Assembly (NCBI RefSeq): GCF_041908905.1
Contig: NZ_JAYREK010000025.1
Span: forward strand, 21,904-45,903
Reading direction: 5' to 3'
Source: Zoogloea sp.
GTDB taxonomy: Bacteria > Pseudomonadota > Gammaproteobacteria > Burkholderiales > Rhodocyclaceae
Length of the DNA: 24,000 nt
Part shown: piece by piece, positions 15,288-22,424 of the stretch
How the letters are laid out: every line of letters begins with the position of its first letter
Numbering within the stretch: the first letter of the stretch is position 1
Program-made: the position numbers and the translations under genes
Notes under the pieces: model-generated
What the model was told of the DNA's origin: nothing
Seen by the model: only the letters and a program-made list of their open reading frames with translations
The model's database searches: none

Positions 15288-16337
15288 TCAGAGGTTCAGC
15301 AGGTGGGCCGCGTCGGGGATCTCGGGCTGTTGCCGGGCAAAGAAGCCTTCGGTGTGGATCAGCTCGGGGCGCGCGCCCAGGGCCTTCACGGTGGCCACGC
15401 AGCTGTCCACGAAGGCCGGGCTGCCGGCGGCAAAGATGGTGTGCTTCGACAGGTCGGGGAACAGCCCCGGCAGCACCGCATCGACGCGGCCGGAGAGGCA
15501 GCCTTCGGCCTCCTCGCGGGTGAGGGTGATCCTGTAGTCGAAGGCCCGGTGCTTGGTGCGCCACCAGGCCATCAGGCCCCGGGCGTAGACGTCGGCCTCC
15601 GTGCGCGCCGAGAACAGCAGCGTGACCGGCTTGCGGAAGCCGCGGCGCAGCGCCGCCTCGGTGAGCGCGAGGATGGGCGCCAGGCCCGTGCCGGCGGCAA
15701 GGCACAGCACCGGCGTGTCGACGCCCGGGTCGCCGATGAAGGTGCCGTAGGCGCCCGACAGCTTGACGCTCTCGCCGATGGCAAGGCGGTCGTGGATCCA
15801 CTGGCTGGTCACGCCGTCGTCGGCGCGGGCCACCTGCAGCACGAGTTCGCCGTCGGGCCGCGGGGCGTTGGAGATCGAGTAGGCGCGGGGCGGGATGTCG
15901 GCGCGCGGGTTGCCGAGGGTCACGTACTGCCCCGACCAGTAGCGGATCGGCTGGCCGACCGGGCGCAGGCGCAACTCGACCACGCGCTCGGCCACCGCGC
16001 GCTTGTCGGTGACGACGAAGAGCGCGTCCTCCCGGGGCGGAAAGAGCTTGGGCCGGGCGTCCTCGGTGCCCCATTCGATGGTCAGCTCGTCGGAGATCGG
16101 CTTGGCCATGCACATCAGGCCGTAGCCCTGGCGGCGCTCCTCCTGGGACAGGGCCATGTCGAGCACCATGCCCTGGTCGAACTGGCCCGCCGTGACCTTG
16201 ACCTTGCATTCGCCGCAGGCGCCGGCGCGGCAGTTGTTGGGCAGCGCGTAGCCTGCCTTTTCGAGGGCCATCAGCACGGTGTCGCCGTAGGCGCATTCCA
16301 CCGACTTGCCCGAGGGGTGCATGATGATGCGGGACAT
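15288..16337 (-). CDS. [2Fe-2S] ferredoxin / FNR-type NAD(P)H oxidoreductase fusion (reductase partner of the upstream diiron oxygenase)
   Basis: The ORF track frame opens at 16427. The ATG at 16337 (MSRIIMHPSGKSV..) gives 349 aa. N-terminal plant-type cluster motif CRAGACGECKV...LMC, flavin motif RAYSIS and NAD(P)H motif AAGTGLAP. Domain order is as in the reductases of soluble diiron monooxygenases. Confidence 0.85.
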   Translation of the reverse strand: MSRIIMHPSGKSVECAYGDTVLMALEKAGYALPNNCRAGACGECKVKVTAGQFDQGMVLDMALSQEERRQGYGLMCMAKPISDELTIEWGTEDARPKLFPPREDALFVVTDKRAVAERVVELRLRPVGQPIRYWSGQYVTLGNPRADIPPRAYSISNAPRPDGELVLQVARADDGVTSQWIHDRLAIGESVKLSGAYGTFIGDPGVDTPVLCLAAGTGLAPILALTEAALRRGFRKPVTLLFSARTEADVYARGLMAWWRTKHRAFDYRITLTREEAEGCLSGRVDAVLPGLFPDLSKHTIFAAGSPAFVDSCVATVKALGARPELIHTEGFFARQQPEIPDAAHLLNL

Positions 16338-16427
16338 GGTTTGTTCTCGGTGAGGGGGATGGGTAAGGCGCGGGAGGAGGGGGCGCTGTTTCTCCCCACG
16401 CCTTCCTCCTGGCGCCTGACGCTTCAA

Positions 16428-17456
16428 TCAGAAGACGGGAATGATGTCTTCCATCTCGATGTCGCTGATCTCCTGGCCGGTGATGCCCACTTCGGGGATC
16501 GCCGGGAAGGGGATGTTGTAGCGGTCGAGCACGCCCTTCAGGTTGATCATGGCGTTCTTCCAGTTCTGCAGCTTCATCTCGTAGGTGGGAATGCCGAAGC
16601 CGGCGCCGCGGGCGACTTCCTCGGCCTCGCGCTGGTTGGCGATGAAGTCGGCGGGGAGGTCCCAGAACTCCATCGGCGGCTCGAACAGCACCGCCGACAG
16701 GAACAGGTAGCCGGCGCGGATCTGCTTGGTGACCACGGACTTGGTCTCTTCCTTGAGGCCCGGGTAGTCGCGCTCCATCACCGCCATGCAGATCGCCATG
16801 TGGCGTCCCTCGTCGCGGCCGATGTTCTTGAAGCCTTCCTTGAAGACCGGCTCGCGGGAGTTGTCGAACATCTGCTTGAAGATGGTGGCGGCGGCGATCT
16901 CGCCCATCAGGAAGGAGCTGAACAGCACCGCCAGGTCGTACTTGGGCACGGCCTGCTTGTAGCCGTTCCAGTAGCGCGAGCCATTGAAGTACAGCCACTG
17001 CACGTTCTTCTGCAGGCGCTTGCCGAGCTCGGTCTTGGGCTGGTAGGTGATCGGGTCCGGGTGGCCGAGCATCCTGGTGATGGCCAGGCCGCACATGATC
17101 TCGTGGTTCTGCTCGTCGCGGGTGACCGAGAAGAAGCACTTGCGGACCGGGTCTTCCTCGTGGACCTCATAGGTCTTGATCAGCGCTTCGGCAAACACCG
17201 GGGGCGCCGAGGCGTCGAACACCGACAGCAGGCTCCACCAGTAGGCGATCGATTCGCGTTCTTCCCAGGTGTAGCTGTCCACGTCCAGGGTGTCCCACGG
17301 CAGCTTCTCCGGGTCCCAGTTCTCGCGCAGGGCGGCCTGCCAGACCTCCTGCAGCTTCTTGGTCTTGCTGTTCCACGACAGCGGATAGACGTTGGGCTGC
17401 TGGATTTCGGGCGGAAATTCCATCTTGTCGGCGAACCGTTCCTTGCTGACGCTCAT
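16428..17456 (-). CDS. Ferritin/R2-like diiron-carboxylate oxygenase, single-subunit type, function unknown
   Basis: 342 aa. Two diiron half-motifs: VFDAS...(34)...RDEQNH and MGEIA...(30)...RDEGRH. ATG at 17456 with GAGGAG 8 nt upstream. Followed by a dedicated reductase gene. Confidence 0.8.
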   Translation of the reverse strand: MSVSKERFADKMEFPPEIQQPNVYPLSWNSKTKKLQEVWQAALRENWDPEKLPWDTLDVDSYTWEERESIAYWWSLLSVFDASAPPVFAEALIKTYEVHEEDPVRKCFFSVTRDEQNHEIMCGLAITRMLGHPDPITYQPKTELGKRLQKNVQWLYFNGSRYWNGYKQAVPKYDLAVLFSSFLMGEIAAATIFKQMFDNSREPVFKEGFKNIGRDEGRHMAICMAVMERDYPGLKEETKSVVTKQIRAGYLFLSAVLFEPPMEFWDLPADFIANQREAEEVARGAGFGIPTYEMKLQNWKNAMINLKGVLDRYNIPFPAIPEVGITGQEISDIEMEDIIPVF

Positions 17457-17530
17457 GATTTTGTCTCCTCGTATCGGATGCTGCGTTGGTGTGGGTCTTG
17501 CCCTTCAAGCCCATTCGAGCTGTGGGGTTA

Positions 17531-17560
17531 ATAATGATACAAAAAAATAATTTCCGTCAA
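17531..17560 (-). promoter_or_regulatory. Candidate sigma70 promoter of the diiron oxygenase-reductase(-paaX) unit
   Basis: Read on the minus strand: TTGACG (complement of 17555-17560), 18 nt, CATTAT (complement of 17531-17536). It is embedded in the GATACA-N24-TGTATC repeat. Confidence 0.4.
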
Positions 17561-17571
17561 CAAAATGTATC
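17536..17571. promoter_or_regulatory. Perfect inverted repeat GATACA-N24-TGTATC, candidate PaaX operator
   Basis: GATACA at 17536-17541 and TGTATC at 17566-17571. Identical half-sites and spacing to 9265-9300. It begins 80 nt upstream of the oxygenase ATG. Confidence 0.5.
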
Positions 17572-17731
17572 GCATTGGAGGTCGTGCGAAAAACCGACGT
17601 TTTCCGTATACCGCCGTTTTTTGGGTTTTTTTGACCAAAATAACGTTTTAAGTTTTTGATATAAAAATAGTTTTCTTTTGTGTAAGTGGTTTTGAACTAT
17701 GTAATCTCGAGGCTTTCTATCAGAAAAATAC

Positions 17732-17769
17732 GATACTGAACATTGACATTAATCAGGTTCGTTTGTACT
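17732..17769. promoter_or_regulatory. Degenerate GATACT-N26-TGTACT repeat over the paaN promoter (weak PaaX-operator candidate)
   Basis: GATACT at 17732-17737 and TGTACT at 17764-17769. The layout matches the perfect sites (left arm, 5 nt, then -35 hexamer), but the right arm matches TGTATC at only 4 of 6 positions and the spacing differs by 2. Confidence 0.25.
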
Positions 17770-17771
17770 GT
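17743..17771 (+). promoter_or_regulatory. Candidate sigma70 promoter of the paaN-paaJ operon
   Basis: TTGACA (17743-17748), 17 nt, TACTGT (17766-17771), 38 nt upstream of the paaN ATG. AGGAG RBS at 17796-17800. Confidence 0.4.
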
Positions 17772-17808
17772 TTGAGTCAAGAACCCAACACCAACAGGAG
17801 ACATCGGA

Positions 17809-19476
17809 ATGACGCACCCCCTCTTCGAAAAGCATCGCGCCCGCCTGGATGGCGCCGTCGCGGCGATCGCCTCGCGTGCTTACTGGTCGGCGTTCAGCGA
17901 GATGCCCAGCCCCAAGGCCTATGGCGAGACCGCGCCCGATGACGGCAAGCGTGCTTTCGAAGCCCACCTGGGCAAGCGTTTCGAGCTGGATCAGCCTGGC
18001 CTGACCGGCTGGCACGGTGGTGAGTCTTCCCCCTACGGCATCGCCCTCGGCGTGAGCTACCCGGTGTGCGACCCGGAGGCCCTGGTGGCCGCCGGCCACG
18101 CGGCGATGGCCGGCTGGCAGGCGGTGGGCGCGGATGGCCGCACCGGCATCTGTCTCGAGATCCTCGACCGCCTCAACAAGCAGAGCTTCGAGCTCGCCCA
18201 CGCGGTGATGATGACCACCGGCCAGGGCTGGATGATGGCCTTCCAGGCCGGTGCCCCCCACGCCCAGGACCGTGGCCTCGAGAGCGTCGCCTACGCCTGG
18301 CGCGAGCAGAGCTTCGTGCCCGCCGAAACCGTGTGGGAGAAGCCCCAGGGCAAGAACCCGCCGCTGGTCATGAAGAAGCACTTCCAGATCGTCGGCCGCG
18401 GCACCGCGCTGGTGATCGGCTGCGGCACCTTCCCGACCTGGAACACCTACCCGGGCCTGTTTGCGGCGCTCGCCACCGGCAACCCGGTGATCGTCAAGCC
18501 CCACAGCAACGCCATCCTGCCGGCGGCGATCACCGTCCGCACGATCCGCGCGGTGCTCTCCGAAAACGGCATCGACCCCAACCTGGTCAGCCTGTGCGTC
18601 GCCGACAAGCGCGCCACCACCCAGGCCCTGGCCACCCACCCGGCGGTCAAGTCCATCGACTTCACCGGCAGCAACGTGTTCGGCCAGTGGCTCATCGACA
18701 ACGCCCGCCAGGCCCAGGTGTACGCCGAGCTGGCCGGTGTCAACAACATCGTCATCGAGTCCACCGACGCCTACAAGGCGATGCTCGGCAACCTGGCCTT
18801 CACGCTGTCGCTGTACTCCGGCCAGATGTGCACCACCTCCCAAGCGATCTTCATGCCGGCCGGCGGCATCGAGACCGACCAGGGCCACAAGAGCTACGAC
18901 GAGTTCTGCGCCGACCTGGCCGCCGCCGTCCAGCGCTTCCTGTCGAAGCCCGAGGTTGCCCACGCCGTGCTCGGCGCGATCCAGTCCGCCGACACCGCCG
19001 AGCGCATCGACGTTGCCAACAGCGGCGCCCTGGGCAAGGTCGTGCTGGCCTCCACCAGGCTCGACAACCCCGACTTCCCGGCCGCCACCGTGCGCACCCC
19101 GGTGCTGCTCGCCTGCGACGCCGCCGACGAGAAGCTCTACATGGAAGAGCGCTTCGGCCCGATCGCTTTCGTCGTCAAGACGGCCGACAGCGCCGCCGCC
19201 ATTGCCCTCTCCGAGCGCGTGGTGAGCACCCACGGCGCGCTCACCGTGGGCGTGTATTCCACCAGGCAGGACGTCATCGACGCGATGACCGAAGCCACCT
19301 GGCGCAGCAAGGTCGCCCTGTCGATCAACCTCACCGGCGGCGTCTTCGTCAATCAGTCGGCGGCCTACTCCGACTACCACGGCACCGGCGGCAACCCGGC
19401 GGCCAACGCCTCCTACGCCGACTCGGCCTTCGTCGCCAACCGCTTCCGCGTCGTCCAGCGCCGCTACCACGTTTGA
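17809..19476 (+). CDS. paaN: PaaN-type aldehyde dehydrogenase (ring-opening / 3-oxo-5,6-dehydrosuberyl-CoA semialdehyde dehydrogenase; PaaZ-like ALDH without MaoC hydratase domain)
   Basis: 555 aa with an ALDH fold. First gene of a paaGHIKJ operon. The length and N-terminus (MTHPLFEKHRARLDGAVAAIASRAYWSAFSEMPSPKAYGE) are as I recall for the PaaN subfamily. No C-terminal hot-dog domain. Confidence 0.85.
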   Translation: MTHPLFEKHRARLDGAVAAIASRAYWSAFSEMPSPKAYGETAPDDGKRAFEAHLGKRFELDQPGLTGWHGGESSPYGIALGVSYPVCDPEALVAAGHAAMAGWQAVGADGRTGICLEILDRLNKQSFELAHAVMMTTGQGWMMAFQAGAPHAQDRGLESVAYAWREQSFVPAETVWEKPQGKNPPLVMKKHFQIVGRGTALVIGCGTFPTWNTYPGLFAALATGNPVIVKPHSNAILPAAITVRTIRAVLSENGIDPNLVSLCVADKRATTQALATHPAVKSIDFTGSNVFGQWLIDNARQAQVYAELAGVNNIVIESTDAYKAMLGNLAFTLSLYSGQMCTTSQAIFMPAGGIETDQGHKSYDEFCADLAAAVQRFLSKPEVAHAVLGAIQSADTAERIDVANSGALGKVVLASTRLDNPDFPAATVRTPVLLACDAADEKLYMEERFGPIAFVVKTADSAAAIALSERVVSTHGALTVGVYSTRQDVIDAMTEATWRSKVALSINLTGGVFVNQSAAYSDYHGTGGNPAANASYADSAFVANRFRVVQRRYHV

Positions 19477-19605
19477 ACCTGCGCAGGAAGCCAGGGCGCC
19501 GGCTCCGGCCGGCTCCGCGGTGGGCCCCGTACGCCCGTACGGCGGCGCTGCCCGGGCCGGCCTGACGGGCACGCCACGATTTCTGCACGAGTTCAGGAGA
19601 CTGAG

Positions 19606-20400
19606 ATGGAATTCAAGAACATCCTTTTTGCGGTGGCCGACGGCGTCGCCCGCCTGACCCTCAACCGCCCGGACAAGCTCAACAGCTTCACCGGCGAGAT
19701 GCACGCCGAGCTGCGCGCCGCCCTCGACGCCGTCCAGGCCGACAAGACCATCCGCGTGCTGGTGCTCACCGGCGCGGGCCGCGCCTTCTGCGCCGGCCAG
19801 GATCTGGCCGACCCGGACATGCAGCAGGTCGGCGGCAGGATGCCGGACATCGGCAACGTGGTCGAAGCCAACTACAAGCCGCTGATCCTGCGCCTGCAGA
19901 ACCTGCGCGTGCCGACCATCGCGGCGGTCAACGGCATCGCCGCCGGCGCGGGCGCCAGCGTGGCGCTGGCCTGTGACCTGGTGGTGGCCAGCAAGTCGGC
20001 CTCCTTCCTGCAGGCCTTCAGCAAGATCGGCCTCGTCCCGGACACCGGCGGCACCTGGTTCCTGCCCCAGCGGGTCGGCATGGCCCGGGCGATGGGTCTG
20101 GCCCTGCTGGCCGACAAGCTGCCCGCCGAGAAGGCCGCCGAGTGGGGCCTGATCTGGGAAGCCGTCGCCGACGACGCCTTTGGCGCCCGCATCGATGCGC
20201 TGGCCGCCCAGCTCGCCGCGATGCCCACCAAGGCGCTGGTGCGCACCCGCCAGGCGATGCACGCCGCGCCGGGCCACACCCTCGAGCAGCAGCTCTCCTT
20301 CGAGGGCAGCTTCATGCGCGAGCTGGGCTGGAGCGCCGACTACGCCGAAGGCGTCGCGGCCTTCATGGAAAAGCGCGCCCCCAAGTTCACCGGAGAATGA
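19606..20400 (+). CDS. paaG: PaaG, 1,2-epoxyphenylacetyl-CoA isomerase (crotonase family)
   Basis: 264 aa. Close match to E. coli PaaG (LTLNRP.KLNSF..EMHAEL...L..V..D.TIR.L.LTGAGR.FCAGQDL ... SADY.EGV.AF..KR.P.FTG). GGAG RBS. Confidence 0.9.
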   Translation: MEFKNILFAVADGVARLTLNRPDKLNSFTGEMHAELRAALDAVQADKTIRVLVLTGAGRAFCAGQDLADPDMQQVGGRMPDIGNVVEANYKPLILRLQNLRVPTIAAVNGIAAGAGASVALACDLVVASKSASFLQAFSKIGLVPDTGGTWFLPQRVGMARAMGLALLADKLPAEKAAEWGLIWEAVADDAFGARIDALAAQLAAMPTKALVRTRQAMHAAPGHTLEQQLSFEGSFMRELGWSADYAEGVAAFMEKRAPKFTGE

Positions 20401-21932
20401 GCGTGAGCCAGGCCCTCAACTCCTCCGCCATCGTCGCGGTGGTCGGTACCGGCGCCATGGGTGCCGGCATCGCCCAGGTCGCCGCCGCGGCCGGCCACGT
20501 GGTCAAGCTCCTCGACAACCGCCCCGAGGCCGCCGCCAAGGCCGTCGCCGGCATCCGCGCCCAGTTCGCCAAGCTGGCCGACAAGGGGCGCATGGGCGCC
20601 GAGGCCGCCGCCGCGGCCAGCGAGCGCCTGCAGGCCGTCGAGCAGCTCGCCGACCTGGCCGACGCGGCCCTCGTCGTCGAGGCCATCGTCGAGAGCCTCG
20701 AGGCCAAGCAGAGGCTCTACCGCGATCTCGAAGATATCGTCGGCGCCGGCTGCATCTTCGGCACCAACACCTCGTCGATCTCCGTCACTGCCATCGGCTC
20801 GGCCCTGCAGCGCCCCGAGCGCCTGGCCGGCCTGCACTTCTTCAACCCGGCGCCGCTGATGGCGCTGGTCGAGGTGGTGTCCGGCCTCGCCACTGACCCG
20901 GCGGTGGCCGCGACCCTCTTCGACACCGCCGCCGCCTGGGGCAAGACGCCGGTGCATACCCGCTCGACGCCGGGCTTCATCGTCAACCGGGTCGCCCGCT
21001 CGTACTACGGCGAGGCGATGCGCCTGCTGGGCGAGGGCGCCGCTGACGTCGCCACCCTCGACGCGGTGATGCGCGAGGCCGGCGGCTTCAAGATGGGCCC
21101 CTTCGAGCTCACCGACATGATCGGCCACGACGTCAACTTCGCCGTCAGCCGCTCGGTGTGGAACGCCTACTTCAACGACCCGCGCTTCCTGCCCTCGCTG
21201 ATCCAGCAGGAGCTGGTGGACGCCGGCTTCTACGGCCGCAAGAGCGGGCGGGGTTTTTACGATTACCGCGAGGGCGCCGAGCGCCCGCAGCCCAGGTCGG
21301 CCGTCGCCCAGCCGGTGCCCGAGGCGATCGTCCTGCACGGCCATTCGCCGGCCGTCGAGGCCATCGCCGACCGGCTCTACGAGCGGGGCGTGGCCTACAC
21401 CTGGGGCGAAAGCACCGACGGGCGGATCGCCGAGGTCGGCGACGCGGTGGTCTTCCAGACCGACGGCCGCACCGCCACCCAGCGCGCCGCCGAAACCGGC
21501 ATCGCCAACATGGTGCTGATCGACCTCGCCCTCGACTACACCACGGCCACCCGCCTGGCGGTGAGCGTCGCCCACACCTGCTTCGCGCCGGCCGCCGCCG
21601 CCGCGGTGGGCCTGCTGCAGGCCGCCGGCTTTGCCGTTTCGCGCTTTGCCGACGTGCCCGGGCTGGCGGTGATGCGCACCCTGGCCACCCTCGCCAACGA
21701 GGCCGCCGACGCGGTGAACCAGGGCGTCTGCGACGCCAAGGGCGCCGACGCGGCGATGCAGCTCGGCGTCAATTACCCCAAGGGGCCGCTCGCCTGGGCC
21801 GACGCCGTCGGCGTCCGGGTGATCTGCCAGGTGCTGCGCCATCTCGGCGCCTTCTACGGCGAAGACCGCTACCGCGTCTCGCCGCTGATCCAGCAGGCAG
21901 TCTTTGCCGGAAAGGGCATCCATGTCCACTAA
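20397..21932 (+). CDS. paaH: PaaH, 3-hydroxyadipyl-CoA dehydrogenase
   Basis: The ORF track frame opens at 20142. The ATG at 20397 overlaps the paaG stop (ATGA). 511 aa. NAD-binding VAVVGTGAMGAGIAQVAAAAGH, plus NTSSISVTAIG..PERLAGLHFFNPAPLMALVEVVSG and STPGFIVNRVAR, as in E. coli PaaH. Confidence 0.9.
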   Translation: MSVSQALNSSAIVAVVGTGAMGAGIAQVAAAAGHVVKLLDNRPEAAAKAVAGIRAQFAKLADKGRMGAEAAAAASERLQAVEQLADLADAALVVEAIVESLEAKQRLYRDLEDIVGAGCIFGTNTSSISVTAIGSALQRPERLAGLHFFNPAPLMALVEVVSGLATDPAVAATLFDTAAAWGKTPVHTRSTPGFIVNRVARSYYGEAMRLLGEGAADVATLDAVMREAGGFKMGPFELTDMIGHDVNFAVSRSVWNAYFNDPRFLPSLIQQELVDAGFYGRKSGRGFYDYREGAERPQPRSAVAQPVPEAIVLHGHSPAVEAIADRLYERGVAYTWGESTDGRIAEVGDAVVFQTDGRTATQRAAETGIANMVLIDLALDYTTATRLAVSVAHTCFAPAAAAAVGLLQAAGFAVSRFADVPGLAVMRTLATLANEAADAVNQGVCDAKGADAAMQLGVNYPKGPLAWADAVGVRVICQVLRHLGAFYGEDRYRVSPLIQQAVFAGKGIHVH

Positions 21933-22395
21933 GCATCCCAACGCCGCCGAGGCCCAGGCCCTCGCCGAAGCCGTCGCCGACGCCATGTGGGCCCGCGACC
22001 GCGCCGCCAACGCGCTGGGCATCAAGATCGAGAGCGTCGGCCCCGGCGTGTCGCACCTGTCGATGCCGGTGCGCGGCGACATGGTCAATGGCCACCACAT
22101 CTGCCACGGCGGCCTGATCTTCTCGCTGGCCGATACCGCCTTCGCCTACGCCTGCAACAGCTACAACAGGAACACCGTGGCCTCGGCCTGCCACATCGAC
22201 TTCCTGGCCCCGGGCATGGAGAACGACACCCTCGACGCGGAAGCCGTCGAGCGCTCCCAGTCCGGCCGCACCGGCGTCTATGACGTCACCGTGAAGAGCC
22301 GGCAGACCGGCAAGACGATCGCCCTGTTCCGCGGCAAGAGCTACCGGATCAACGGCGAGGTCATCGCCGGCCTGGCCGCCGCGCCCGCTGCCTGA
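21922..22395 (+). CDS. paaI: PaaI, hotdog-fold (hydroxy)phenylacetyl-CoA thioesterase
   Basis: The ATG at 21922 (MSTKHPN..) is preferred over the TTG at 21904. 157 aa. NGHHICHGGLIFSLADTAFAYACNS and GRTGVYDV...ALFRGKSYRI match E. coli PaaI. Confidence 0.88.
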   Translation: MSTKHPNAAEAQALAEAVADAMWARDRAANALGIKIESVGPGVSHLSMPVRGDMVNGHHICHGGLIFSLADTAFAYACNSYNRNTVASACHIDFLAPGMENDTLDAEAVERSQSGRTGVYDVTVKSRQTGKTIALFRGKSYRINGEVIAGLAAAPAA

Positions 22396-22424
22396 ACCCC
22401 ACAAAAATCAGAGAGGAGACACCC

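Noticed and set aside
15169-17531. 656-aa (minus) and 742-aa (plus) ORFs spanning the reductase/oxygenase region
   Set aside because: Shadow frames with biased composition and no motifs. The real genes (15288-16337 and 16428-17456, minus) carry cofactor-binding motifs and have RBS-preceded starts.
19527-19542. CCGTACG-CC-CGTACGG palindrome and GGCTCCG direct repeats in the 129-nt GC-rich paaN-paaG spacer
   Set aside because: The arms are too short and the 2-nt centre too tight for a meaningful hairpin, and there is no T-tract. The sequence is ordinary for GC-rich intercistronic spacers. It could be a REP-like remnant, but nothing supports that from one copy.
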